Origin: Chrysemys picta bellii | Taxonomy: Eukaryota | NCBI RefSeq assembly: GCF_011386835.1 | Contig: NC_088795.1 | Location: 7,068,001 to 7,132,000 of the forward strand | Direction of reading: 5' to 3' | DNA: 64,000 nt | Shown: in pieces, positions 33,333 through 46,470 of the stretch | Layout of the letters: every line of letters starts with the position of its first letter | Numbering within the stretch: position 1 is the stretch's first letter | Notes under the pieces: generated by a model | Told to the model about the DNA's origin: nothing | What the model saw: the letters and a program-made list of their open reading frames with translations, nothing else | Database searches by the model: none | Translations under genes and position numbers: made by a program

Positions 33333-34131
33333 CAGTAGAACCCCCGAGTTATGGACAGCTCGGGAATGGAGGTTGTTTGTAACTCTGAAATGTTCGTGAC
33401 TCTGAACAAGCCGTTATGGGATGCTCCTCAGGGCGGACCGCTCGGAGTGGGGTTCACAGCTCTGCAGTGGCTGCCTGGTGAGTGGGGGTGAGGACAGGCA
33501 GCTGGTTCTAGCCCCCTGGCTGCAAGGGTGATGAGCGAGGCATCCCGCGGTACCGCAGGGTCAGTGGGCACAGGGTGTGGCCCTTTAAAACTGAGCCACT
33601 CCTCCAGAGCGCGGCGTGCGGGCAGGAGCTTGGGCTCCAGCTCCGGCAGCTTAGACTCCAGGCCAGGTTTCTGTAGCAGCTCAGGAAGTTTCTTTCCCAG
33701 GCTCTGAGCTTGCAAGATTGTCCCCCTCCCAGTCAGGGGGGAAGGAGAGGGAGAAAAGAGTATTTACCACCTCCTACCTGTCAGTGGCTGCCCTGTGCCC
33801 TTGTGAGTAGGGGCGGCGATGGGGACAGGCAGCCCAGATGTGCCTACCTTTAAGATTTAATATAGGCACAGTACAGTATTTGCTGGTTTTTGTGTTTTGT
33901 CTCTGCTGCTTCCTGATTGGTTACTTTCGGTTCCCCATGGTGACCAATTAACTGGTCACTTGGTAACTCTGGTGTTAGGGTGACCAGATGTCCCGATTCT
34001 TATAGGGACAGTCCCGATTTTTGGGTCTTTTTCTTATATAGGCTCCTATTACCCCTCCACCCCCTGTCCTGATTTTTCACATTTGCTGTCTGGTCACCCT
34101 ATCGGGTGTTAGTATTTTTGTGGTTCTACTA
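33333..34131. mobile_element. Non-autonomous Tc1/mariner (Tigger-like) element
   Basis: TA-flanked termini CAGTAGAACC ... GGTTCTACT(A), GC-rich interior, nested hAT MITE near the right end. Confidence 0.7.
33976..34101 (+). mobile_element. hAT MITE nested in the Tigger-like element
   Basis: TIRs TAGGGTGACCAGA / TCTGGTCACCCTA, 8-bp TSD TCTGGTGT versus TCGGGTGT (7/8 match). Confidence 0.9.
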
Positions 34132-37100
34132 TACAAAAACTTTGTGGGCCTGTTTGGGAGCACCTAGTTCCCAACCCAATGTTTAGTCCACTCGACCATA
34201 GTCCCTGTCCTGGGGCCTGATCCAGCTCCCACTGAAGTCAACAGGAGTTGGAGCAAGCCCATATACCTGCTACTTTTACAGTTTACTTACAAGGGTGCGG
34301 TAGTTTAATGAGGTGTCAGAGGGTGGTGTATTTCTCTCCTTACAGCTCATGTGCCCAGATTGCTTCACAGCATGTAATTTAAACTTTAAACTAAAGCCAA
34401 GAAGGATTTGGGGTTTCCTGGTTCCACTGTTTGCATTTGCCAGAGCAGGTGGGAAAGAGAAACCTCAGTAAAAATAGAAGGCTAGATTCTCTTGTCAGTT
34501 ACACTGATATGAATCCAGAGCGTTCATTGCATCAGGCTTCCCCACCAGATTTCTCACATGCTGTGGGAGCGATCCCTGGTTCGACTGAAAATCCTGGCAT
34601 GCTCTCCCCAGAACTTCTGGGGAGATGAGCTAATTGTATCCTATTCTCTCAGAATAATACCAGTACCCTGGCATCCCACTGTTTAGTCCATCCCAATGTT
34701 TATTCCAGTGGCTGTTCCGTGGCTCTGTATCGTGTCTGACAGTCCATAAGAGAGACCCATTAAAAACACAATGGCCCTGGGAGAGGAAAGATCCCATTTA
34801 AAAATACCAAATGGCTGTGAGATGGAAACAATATTTTGTGGCAATGAGCATCCTCATACTTGGATTGTTTCTGCTTAGCGTAACTCACCACTGTGCAATT
34901 TATAAACCTGCCTGTTGAACTGGGAACGGGGATAGTTTCTCAGGCAGACTAACATCCAAGTGACTAAACGGCAGCTACTAGCACTATCTGTCACTTTCCA
35001 TGAGCACAAAATCCATCACAAAAAGAGCAGGCAATTTCTGATGCTTTTTTAATGAACTGTCTCAGGGAGAGAGGGAAAAAAATGTCTGTTCCTGAGTTAC
35101 ATAGTAAAATGTCTGCTACAGAGAGCTCTGGCTTTCTTTTATGTTCGCTTCATAGTATGTAATATCTCTGGGATTCCTCTTTGAGGCTCTGTAGCTAATC
35201 TCACAGCCTCTTAAACACAAACATTGAATTTAGAAGCATTTTTTATTGGAAACACTCCAAAAGAGAGAGCAAGGAGATAAACACAGAGAATTGTTTCAAT
35301 ATTTTGACAGTCAAGTGTGAGAGTTATTACCCCGTCGACTGACAGCTCGCAATCAAGTGCAACCGGAAAAGAGAGAAGGAAAGACAGACTGAAATGGAAG
35401 ACTAAAAGCAGACAAGAATGAGCTAATCCTCCAAGAAATTGGAAGAAAAATATACCATTCTGCTAGTGTGGTCAGAATTCTAGTTTTTTTCTATAAAGAC
35501 TTTTATGAATGCTGCTATTAACGAACCAATGGTGCGTCCAATGCAACTCAACATCAGCTGTTGAATATCCTCACGGGAGCTATAAAAGCATAACGCTAAT
35601 TTCCCTACATCTGTCTTTACTGCTTTGCATATTATCCCAAATCATGGTCTTTATCCTTTGCAGTCACCTTTAGTTAGGTCAGGGTTAATTTGTTCACATG
35701 AGTGGCAGAGATTATTATTAAAGGCTAGAAATTGCAGTTCCTAAAAATTACAATCCTGGTGCTGCTAGATTAAATGTTAGAGCTGTCACCACAGACGGCA
35801 TTTGGAAAGCAGCTGTTTCTTTAGCTCCCATTCACCTTCTGCCAGGTATTCATCTCCTGCCGTAGGTATTGCAGTCCAAGGTACCTAGTTACTATGGGGG
35901 AGAACTTCCAAAGAATTCAGGGGAGGCTTTAAGTCCCCAGCACTCCCAACTGAGGCTAGATTTTCAAAAGGGCTGAGCACCTCTGGAAATCTAGCTTTAC
36001 CTGGACATTTATTGAGAAGGTGTGAGTAGACTGGAGTGGTGGGCATTATTAGCCCTCCACTGTCTCATCCACAAGAAAAATTCAACTGATTTGCTGCATG
36101 CATGATATTTAGGGGGACGGGATGCCTCGGGGGAACAGCTACATGACACAGAGCCTTTTGCATCTACAGTAATAGTCCGTTTTGAATTCAGTCCAGGTGA
36201 CCAGTGACCAAAAGTTGTTGCTGTCTAATGCTGATTGACATAAATCCGTCCCCGTGGTTAATCAAGAAAGAAGTTCTTGTGTTCAATACATTCTTTTGTT
36301 CCTAAGTTTCAGACACGGAGCACAAACAGGAAACCAGACTCTGCCGTGGAGCTGCAGCCTCGGAAGGAGAGTGAATGTCTTTGCAAGTGAATGTCTTTAT
36401 TTTTGACTTTGGTAGCCATCTTCTACATGCTTGTATAAACCACCGACACTGAGTGTGGCGCTCTGTTCCCTGCTAACGGTGGCTGGGCCATGCATAGGGG
36501 TTGATAACGGAGCTGGAGCGTTTGCTAATAGAGCTGGATCTGGGTCTTTCAGCTCCAGGTAGAGGAGGCTCCTGCTTTAAGAATCAGAGTTCCCACATTT
36601 GATCCCGGTAATGGACAATCCATCCAATGTGGTGTTACCCTTACACAGCAATGTCTGCTACTCAGCAGAGACACATCAGCTGCAGCAGAGGCACCAAATA
36701 CTGGATGGACGTGTTGACTACTTACAGAAGTGGCCCCATACAGGTCAGTGGAAGGAGACATGTTTGAGAGCTGGTGTGGGAAAGATTACAGACATGCCTC
36801 TACGTGCATCTGGACAACCAGAAGAAAACTCTCTCTCTCCAGGGCTATGAAACCAGCACTAATTTCACTTAAAAAATACTTGATCATAGATGGCAAAGTT
36901 TTGAGCAGGTGGGTGTAGAGAGGTGATAGGGGCAGTTTGCTTCCAAACCTAGATTACTTTCTTAAAATGGTTCCCTTTGGGGCAGCTTGCCCTTAAGGGC
37001 TTGATCTGCTCTATTGACACTAATGGATTCATTCCCCTGATTTCAATGGAATTTGGATCAGACCCTGACAACTTCCCTATACATATGTATCTTTCCCTCC

Positions 37101-37289
37101 ATCTCACGCCTTGTCCCCCACCCCATATGCTACAGAAGTATCCTTTTAAAGTAAGTTCCTTTATTTGATGCCAGACCTAGTACTGAAAATGACCGTCATT
37201 GTAACTAAAAAAAGCCTGGGAAATGTTAAAGTAGTGGTTATAAAATGAATAATTGAGGTTGTTGCCCCAAATGCTGTTAACATAACTTA

Positions 37290-37451
37290 GCAATGGGGCA
37301 CTGGTACTGAGATACAGAGGGTGGTGATGTCACTGGTTTGAATCCAGGCCAGATTAGTCATGGCAGCAATTTCTTTCCATCAGATGGCTGTTTTGTGGCC
37401 TTTGTGTGATGTGTGGGTGGGCTCAGTCCATCGCCTGGTAGACAGGTGAGT
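37290..37451 (+). mobile_element. LF-SINE-like 5' half
   Basis: GAGATACAGAG...GTCACTGGTTTGAATCCAG (B-box-like, 37335-37345)...CCATCAGATGGCTGTTTTGTGGCC...TCAGTCCA...TGGTAGACAGGTG is collinear with the remembered LF-SINE consensus. Confidence 0.7.
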
Positions 37452-37679
37452 CATGCCCAGTGCGTGGTGGGCTGCACCTCCAGGCTTGCAAATTAGGACA
37501 TAAGAAGGCGAGTTTTAATAACTAGTGCATGGAACCTGTTTGTGTGAGGCTTCCAGCGCACAGTGATACTGGTGGGTTTTTTTAGGTCTTGCAGATCACC
37601 TTGGAAACCGCAGCACTTACTTCACATTGATCAAATACCCCTGCCAGCTAGCTTGGTTATGTAAAAGCTTAGCAAGATG

Positions 37680-38790
37680 TAGGATTGGTTAACCCCCAGC
37701 ATCCCTGTGCTCTAAGAGTGGGGTGCTAGAGTGCAGAGCTCTTCTGAGCTAGCACCACGGCAAGAAGAAACAGGGCATGAACCCCAAACGGGCTGTGTAT
37801 TCTAGACTTAGATTTCACCAACCGAGTAACAAGTGTGAACTCCTTAAGGACTACAACGGCCCTACCATGGAGTCACACAGTCCCCTTGAGTACTCCGCTC
37901 TATCTTGCCACCCAGGCAAGCTTACCATTATGATAGATAGTCCTTTTGTTTAAAAAAAATATATATCCTCAATAATCAGGTTAATCCCAGTGCCAAAGGA
38001 CTAGTTACTTACCCAGGTCAAGTGCACCCTAGATCTCTCGCCAAGGACAACGCTTGTAGCCGATCCTATAATAAACTAACTAAATGTTTATTAATTAGGA
38101 AAAAGAAATGAGTTATTTACAAGGTTAAAGCAAGGAAACACACACACACACACAAATTAGTTTGTCTTCTATTCAAAAGGTAATAGAAGTTGCTAATATA
38201 AGTAAGGTTTTATGTCTTTTAGGGCTGACCCATGCCAAGCAGCATGGGGATCTCTGGCTTATGCTTGGGAATCTCTGCCCCTCCGAGTCCAGACAGCATG
38301 AAAATACCAATTTCTTCTTCAAAGGCATTTTTAGTCTCTTCCCCCAGCATTTTTGGGATGCAGGCTTGTGCACATAATCTGCTTCCCCACACCGCTGAAG
38401 AATCAACAGGGTTTTTTGTCCACAATGGCTTGGCAGATGTCTGTAGATCTTTTCTTGGGGAGATGAGAACCCCTCTTGTGGTAAGCTAGCATTTCGGAGG
38501 TGGTAATGCTTCTCCCATGACTCTGGGGAATTTACAATCTGAGCAAAGATTATTATAGTTACAGAGCAAACATTTAAACATCACCTTATAACATGGGTAC
38601 AGCTACTATAAGTAGGATTCATACATGCAACATCCTACAAGCATGAAGTCTAAACACATTCTGATAACACTAATTTCTTAACTCTACTAATCCACAAGTG
38701 ACCCAGACTGGTTTCCAGCTATGCATCTGTCAGCGTTCAGTGAGGTCTGGGGCCTTGGCATGAACTGGCACCTGGTCTGCCAATCTTTCA
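37680..38790. mobile_element. Probable solo LTR-type repeat (turtle-type), boundaries approximate
   Basis: Recognisable repeat blocks (GATTTCACCAACC..., TCTATCTTGCCACCCAGGCAAGC, CCTATAATAAACTAACTAAA, terminal GGCACCTGGTCTGCCA); contains a (CA)n at about 38138-38154; no TSD found. Confidence 0.45.
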
Positions 38791-39199
38791 ATACCATCAT
38801 ACCCTGATTCGATGCCTAGTGAACCCAAACTCAGCAAAGTGGTGGTCTGGTTCAGGAGGGCAGCTCAGAGCTGTAATAGGCAAGTTCAGATCCCACCCTC
38901 CTCTGGTTCGCCTAGCATTATGCTAGACTTTAATCAGTGTTGATAAATGGCCCCTTGTCTTTGTCATGCTGCTCCAGCCCTGGGGTAAACAGAAGCTGTT
39001 GTGTAACAGGATAGAAGTGATCATTTGCATTGGCTTATGGGAGGGAACAGTCTTATTTTCTTGTAATTACAAGCAAGCTAAAACCTGCATTACCTATATG
39101 TATATAGTGTGAAAGTGCCTTTATTAATAGGCCCACTAGGGCCTACATTATGCCTTGAGGACAGCCCTGAGTAACAGGTGATGCCTGAGCTACACCACC

Positions 39200-39449
39200 T
39201 TAGACATTGTCCCAGGGCAGGTGGAGGGTCTGGGGCTCCCCACAGCAGCCTGGACTCCCTGGGTGGCTCTGACCACAGCCTGGCTCTGGCTTCTGGTCTG
39301 GCCAGGGGGCGGGACCCCGAGGGGAAGCAGTAGAGCAGAGGGTGGGGCCACATCGGTGCCTCCCCCACTTTTGCACAGGTTCCAGCACTCCTGTGGGGGC
39401 CCCCAAATTGGCCAGGGTCCTGTGGTCCCATGCATTAATCTGCCACTGA
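39200..39449. mobile_element. hAT-type element remnant
   Basis: GC-rich interior ending in TAATCTGCCACTG (reverse complement CAGTGGCAGATTA, an hAT-type TIR). Confidence 0.45.
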
Positions 39450-41198
39450 GGAGGATATATATTGAGGGATGTATCCATCAGTTCCCTGCCATTGTAAAGG
39501 TTTTGGACCTTTGTGCACCTCAGTCCCTTCATTTTTCTGCCTGTGGCACATCAGTGTAGTCTTCTGAGGTCTAATGTTTTTGTCCAGTTCTGGTTGCTGG
39601 CTTGCTGTGGAGGTGGCTGGGTGGTGGTCAATGGACTATGCTATACAGGAGGTCAGACTAAATGATTTGGTGGGCTCCCCTGGCCTTAAACTCTACGGGG
39701 AGGGGACTCTAAACAGCTCAGAGCAACTCTAGAGAAGTAGCTAGAGTTATACAAGCATCCAAATTGGGATGATTTTTGTTGTTGTTCCTGGAGTAATGGG
39801 CCACCCACACATCCAACCTCCTCCTTACGTTAATAGGAAATGAATAATAGCCATGCCTGTGCCTCCAATAAAGAAGGCTACAACCAGTTGAATACTCTCT
39901 CTGGAATCATTCCAGGTGGACGGAGGTGGGGGGGCGGGTGGGGGAAGAATATGGTAAATCTGAGAATTGTTAACGCAATAATGATAGTTCTGTTGGTTTT
40001 GGCTAATCTAGCGAATGGAATTCTAATATAAGGTTAATGTCACAGCAAAGGAGATAAGGTCGATGGCATATCGTGCCCCAGAGGAAGATGAAATATGCAT
40101 GGGTGAAGGTCTAGGCATACTAAAAAAAAAAATCTTAGTGTGGGAGAAACTCGATGGGGCAGTGGAGAGAACTTTTATGGAATATCATCTGTACATTTGC
40201 ATATTCTGTTACCGGTGCATTGCAATAATTAGCCTGGGAACCTGCAGAAGAATTATTAGCTGAATTAGAGAGAGCACAGAAAGGCACATTGGATATATAA
40301 CACCTGTCACTTGAGCCAATGAACCTTAGCAAAGCCTTTACATCTTTAAAGATTTTTTCCCCAAGGATTTCATTCATTATTCATTTTTTTTCCTCACTGA
40401 GAACCTGATTTTTAGGCACTTCAGGCTGCAGACAGACGCATCGTGGGATTTTCTGAGTTAAGCACCTGGGTGCTTTGGAAAATCTCACTGGGTGTTTAGC
40501 TGCATCTTTAGGTGTCTAAACACCAGCTGACCCCCCCCCCCCCTCCCGGGCCTGATTCTGTGAGGACACGAGATACTGCACACCTTCATCTCCCAGTGAT
40601 GGCAATGGGAGTTGGTGCTGGGCACCCCTTCAGGGTTGTTTAGCATCCTCATAGGACTCGGCACTAATAGGGTATTTCCAGGCCTTGGAATGTACCAAGT
40701 CTTAGAGGCATTTTCCTTATAGGAATATAGTAGCAATGGTACTTTGAATTTCTGCAATGCTTTTATTCCAAAATGCTTTAAACATATTTGTAAGCCTCAG
40801 AACAACCTTCTGCAGGGTTGGTTTGGGCCTGCATCTTGCAAAAGGATTTTGACTTTTGGACGCTGCAGTTTTTGGGTGCTGACCTTGAGACCTCTTACTG
40901 AGCTTGACGTTTTTCAGGCACAGCTGAGCACCTGCCTTCTGAACATCGATCCCCTTTAAAGTGTCTCAAGTGGGGCAGCCAGAAATTGAGGTGCCCCAAA
41001 ATCACCAATCATTTCTGAAAAGGTACTAGTGCCCAAAGGGGGGTAGGTGTTTTAAAATAGCCGTGCAGTTATCTGACATGTCCTGGTTCTAGACTATTCC
41101 CTTTTCGTCTGCTGCTACTTCCCTTGGTCAGATCCCAACTTATCTTGGGTCACCTTGTTCCAACTCGGAAGCTGCCTGCCCTCCTCAACCAACTCCTA

Positions 41199-41369
41199 GG
41201 GTATGTCTACACAACAGCTGGGAGATGAAATCCTCAGCTCGGGTAGCTATGCTTGCACTAGTGAGTGTCTACCTGAGTGGCTGTGTAGGGAACTGCTGTA
41301 GATAACTGCCTTCAGCCTGGTGCTCACACACGGACCACTTTCTCCAACAAACACATTCGCCATATACCT
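41199..41369. mobile_element. Old Harbinger-type MITE
   Basis: GGGTATGTCTACAC ... CATATACCC termini with TA on both sides. Confidence 0.55.
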
Positions 41370-41375
41370 AGGGTC

Positions 41376-41639
41376 AGGATTGCCAACTCTCATGATTTTA
41401 TCATGACAGTTGTGATATTGGGTGCTTTTCTTAAAGCCCCAGCTCCTGGAGTCATGTAAATCTCAGCTTTCATTTAAAAAGAAAAGTCTTTAGTCATGTT
41501 TACAGAAGAAAATGGAAAACATGAAATGACCCCTAAAGGCTGTGAAACTAGAACAATTAAAAACCTCAATGTATTTTTTAAAAATATCTTTTTTTTTTGG
41601 GTGCTCATGATTTTTGAATACTTTGAGTTGGCAATACTG
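41376..41639. mobile_element. hAT-type MITE
   Basis: TIRs CAGGATTGCCAACTC / GAGTTGGCAATACTG; TSD not retained. Confidence 0.7.
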
Positions 41640-42861
41640 TAGTTGGCCACAGCTATTTCCAGGTTTTTTTGAGTAACAGCGCCGCCAATAGATGGATGCT
41701 GATTATCTCCAGCCACTCCTGGAATGACTTGGACCCCAATGCATCTCTTACAGTGTATTCTGTGATGTGTGTGTTAGGGACATACTCAAGCATCCAGCAA
41801 GTTCATCTACACGCTGAATTCTAGCTGGGAAATATTCCCTTAAAAACAAACATCCTGTGTCTTGAGACCAGATTAAAACTCTGTTGCTTCTAGTAATAAA
41901 TTAGTGAGATAATATATTTTCTGCTTGGAAACTAATTGGAAGGCAGCAAATTATCTACAGTATTTGGTTTCAAATAATTGTTTTTTTCCCCCTTAAATTG
42001 AATTAGTTATATCTAATTATAGGTACAGTTAGTGGTAATCAATTTAAAGCAAATCATGTGAGTTGCCGCTATACATAAAGAATGTATTTTATTGAAGAGC
42101 TTTTGGGGTATTTTGAAAGCTGCGTGATTTTCATTTATGATTTGATCATAGGTAATTGAAATGTGACCAGTTCTGATTTGCTTCGAACAACTTAGTGAGT
42201 TTCCTTGTTTGCCTTCACAAAGGCAGCAGAAATAGATTACTGATCTTTTTGCCAGGCAAAGTGACGTGAAGCATTTAATCCTTCTGTGCTGGGATTTGCA
42301 TGTATTTTTTACATTGTGATGTCCATTGGAAGCCAAGAACATCATTGCAGCCACTGCTGTTGAAGCGTTGCGTGGCAAAACAGGGAGTTATAAAGAATTA
42401 CTTAGACTCAAATATGTTGCAGTTATGAAATATTACTATTTAATGCTATTTTTACTTAGTAATTTACTGAAATCAAACTGTAAATCATTCAACTATTCAG
42501 TTACTTACTAAATATCTAATTCTTTTTTATTTAAGAATCAATAAACATTACAAATGATTTGTTTCTAAGAAATTAAATGACTTAAAGTATCCATTGCGGC
42601 TGAGAGACATCTCAATATAATTAAATGCCTGTAGCACATCTGGAAAAATAAAAACAATCAAGCTAAATAAGCCACGGCACTATAGAAAAGCTGATAAAGA
42701 AAAACCATAATTGTGTCTTCAGAGCAGGGTTTGAACGGTGTGCAGTGAAAAAGGCCCAGGCCACACATGGGAAGAAAATAAAATATTGATTCGCTGCTCA
42801 TTAAGTGATCATAGTCAATTCCGTGCATTGAATGAGGCAGGGGCTCTGTGGGGAAAAAAAA

Positions 42862-42980
42862 GGTATGTGATCATGTAATTTAAGATTGCACAAGGGGGCT
42901 GAATAAATCTCAGGCAACCATAGTTCTGGCATGGCCCAATTTCCAAATGATTGACTTTGCCAGTTTAATGTTCTTAGGAT
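42862..42980 (+). repeat. Unclassified old interspersed repeat, related to 2030-2130
   Basis: TGTGATCATGTAATTTAAG...GCACAAGGGGGC...GCAACCATAGTTCTGGCAT. Confidence 0.4.
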
Positions 42981-43249
42981 ATTGGGGAGAGGGTGATGAG
43001 GTTGTGTGTTTGTGTTCCTATAACAAGATAAATTAAGGTTCAGAGTAGATATCAGCAGTTGAGGGTAAAATACATTCGAGATATGGTAGTTATCTTCAAA
43101 ACAAGGTTATAAACTCAGGAAATTCAGTTATGATTCAATTTAAAATCCAGACAAGTTAAGCATGAAAATGCACAGTTAAGACACTCCAATAACCTTAACT
43201 CTGCGCTATAGTGATGCAATTCAATACCCATATGATTATGGTTGTAAGG

Positions 43250-46200
43250 TTATAATCCTGGAGGTGAATGCCTGGCTGCGAGGATGGTGTCTCCAGGAGG
43301 GCTTTGACTTCCTTGACCACAAGATGCTGTTCCAGGAAGAAGGACTACTAAACTAAGATGGGGTCTATCTATCAAGGAAGGGTAAGAGCATATTTGGATA
43401 AAGACTGGCTAACCTAGTGAGGAGGGCTTTAAACTAGGTTTGAAGGGGGCAGGTGACCAAATCCCACAGGTAAGTAAAAAACATGGAGACCCAGGAAAAG
43501 AGTCAGAATTTGGGAGCATGGGCTGTGATAGCAGAGATAAGGGAGAGACCAGACAGAATGGGTGGCGAATCAAATCAGTCTCTTAGATGTCTGTATACTG
43601 ATGTGAGAAGTATGGGGAATAAGCAGGAAGAATTTGCACTGCTAGTAAATAAACAACTACACCTCTAACCTGATAGAACACAAATTCGGATAGAACGTGG
43701 TAAAGCAGTGCTCTGGTGGGGGGCCGGGATTGCGCACTCCGGTGGATCAAAGCAAGTACAATATAACGTGGTTTCACCTATAATGCAGTAAGATTTTTTT
43801 TTTGGCTCCCAAGGACAGCATTATATTGAGGTAGAGGTGTATGACATAGTTGGCATCACAGAACTTGGTGGAATAATATGCATGACTGGAATATTGGCAT
43901 AGAAGGGTACAGCTTGCTCAGGAAAGACAGGCAGGGAAAAAAGGGAGAAGGTGTTGCCTTATATATTAAAAATGCATATGCTTTGACTGAGGTTGAGATG
44001 GAAATAGGAGACTGACTTGTTGAAAGTCTCTGGGTAAGGATAAAAAGGGTAAAAAACAAGGGCGATGTCATGGTAGGGGTATACTACAGACCACCTAACC
44101 AGGAAGAAGAGGTGGATGAGGCTTTTTAAACTAACAAGATCATCCAAAGTATAGGACTTGGTGGTGATGGGGGACTTCAACGACTCAGACATCTGTTAGG
44201 AAAATAACACAGCAGGACACAAATTATCCAACAAGTTCTTGGAATGTATTAGAGACTTTTTTATTTCAGAAGGTGGAGAAAGCTACTAGGGGAGAGGCTA
44301 TTCTAGATTTGATTTTGACAAATAGGGAGGAACTGGTTGAGAATTTGAAAGTGGAAGGCAGTTTGGGTGAAAGTGATCATGAAACGGTAGAGTTCATGAT
44401 TCTATGGAATGGTAGGAGGGAGAACAGCACAATAAAGACAATGGATTTCAAGAAGGCAGACTTTAGCAAACTCAGGGAGTTGGTAGGTAAGATCCCATGG
44501 GAAACCAGTCTAAGGGGAAAAACAATTGAAGAAAATTGGCAGTTTTTCAAAGAGACATTATTAAGGGCACAAGAGCAAACTGCGTAGGAAATATAGGAAG
44601 TAGGGCAAAAGACCACACTGGCTTAACCAAGAAACTTTCAATGATCTCAAAATCAAAAAAGAGTCCTACAAAAAGCGGAAACTAGGTCAAATAACAAAGG
44701 ATGAATATAAACAACTAACATAGGTACGTAAGGACAAAATTAGGAAGGCAAGGCACAAAATGAGATCAAACTAGCTGGAGACATAAGGGGTAACAAGAAA
44801 ACATTCTATAAATACATCAGAAGCAAGAGGAAGACCAAGGACAGGGTAGGCCCATTACTCAATGGGGATGAGGGGGCGGGGGGAGGAAGGACAATAACAA
44901 AAATGTGGAAATGGCAGAGGTGCTCAATGACTTCTTTGTTTTGGTTTTCACCAAGAAGGCTGGTGATTGGACATCTAACATAGTGAATAGACAAATTAGA
45001 TGTCTTCAAGTCACAGGGCCTGATGAAATGCATCCTAGAATACTCAAGGAGCTGACTGAGGAGATATCTGAGTCATTAGCGATTATCTTTGAAACATCAT
45101 GGAAGATGGGTGAGATTCCAGAAGACTGGAAAATGGCACTATATTTTCCCATCTATAAATAAGGAAATAAAAACAACCCAGGGAATTACAGGCTTAACTT
45201 CTGTACCCAGAAAGATAATGGAGCAAATAATCAATTTGCAAACACCTAGAAGATAATAAGGTGATAAATAAGTCAAGATTTGTCAAGAACAAATAATGTC
45301 AAACTAACCTGACAGCTTTCTTTGACAGGGTAACAAGCCTTGTGGATAAGGGGGAAATGGTAGATATGGTATATCTTGACTTTAGTAAAGCATTTGTTAC
45401 TGTCTCGCATGACCTTCTCATAAACAAACTAGGGAAATGCAACCTAGATGGAGCTACTATAAGGTGGGTACATAATTGGTAGGAAAACTGTTCCCAGAGA
45501 GTAGTTATCAGTGGTTCACAGTCACGCTAGAAGGACATAACAAGTGGGGTCCCGCAGGGATCAGTTCTGGGTCCAGTTCTGTTCAATGTCTTCACCAATA
45601 ACTTAGATAATGGCATAGAGTGTACACTTATAAAGTTTGTGGATGATACCAAGCTGGGCAGCATTGCAAGTGCTTTGGAGGATAGGATTAAAATTCAAAA
45701 TGTTCTGGAGAAACTGGAGAAATGGTCTGAAGTAAATAGGATGAAGTTCAATAAGCACAAATGCAAAGTACTCCACTTAGGAACAAACAATCAGTTGCAC
45801 ACATACAAAGTGGGAGATGACTGCTTAGGAGGGAGTACTGCAGAAAGGGATTTGGGGGTTATAGAGGACCATAAGCTAAATATGAGTCAACAGTGTAACA
45901 CTGTTGCAAAAAAAGCAAACGTTATTCTGGAATGTATTAGCAGGAATATTGTACGCAAGACACAAGAAGTAATTCTTCTGCTCTACTCTGCACTAATTAG
46001 GCCTCAACTGGGGTATTGTGTTCCGTTCTGGGCACCACATTTCAGGAAAGATGTGGACAAATTGGAGAAAGTCCAGAGAAGAGCTACAAAAATGATTAAA
46101 AGTCTAGAAAACATTAATTATGAGGGAAGATTGAAAAAACTGGGTTTGTTTAGTCTGGCAAAGAGAAGACTGAGAAGGGACATAACAGCTTTTAAGTACA

Positions 46201-46264
46201 TAAAAGTTTGTTACAAGAGGGAGGGAGAAAAATTTGTTTTTCTTAACCTCTGAGGATAGGACAA
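43250..46264 (+). pseudogene. Old CR1 LINE: ORF1 esterase C-terminus plus most of ORF2 (APE and RT), with many stops and frameshifts, lacking the 3' end
   Basis: ILEVNAWLRGWC...FLDH...LANLVRRALN (ORF1 SGNH-type esterase end), then LRCLYT...[65 protein letters not shown]; homology ends at about 46264 before the 3' UTR. Confidence 0.9.
43660..43839. mobile_element. Tc1/mariner-type MITE inserted in CR1 ORF2
   Basis: TIRs CACCTCTA.CC / GAGGTAGAGGTG, TA duplication (43658-43659 and 43840-43841); removing it restores AACTATGACATAGTTGGCATC (NYDIVGI). Confidence 0.9.
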
Positions 46265-46470
46265 CAAACCATACCCTAAATCTCCTAACCAGCCACCTGC
46301 ATGCCCTTGGGGAAAACAGCACCAGCACCATCAAACTCTAACCCTTTGCTAATGTGTGCACGCCGCTTTTACTGTGTCTGGAGACAACTTTACATCCACG
46401 ATCATTATACTCACTTGTTCCCTCACCCCTTGCTGAAGAGTGACAGAGAGGGACAGACAGAGAAATAGAA

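Noticed and set aside
36320-36385. Possible small exon after a pyrimidine tract ending TTTCAG
   Set aside because: The donor is weak, no frame gives a recognisable peptide, and no partner exons were found.
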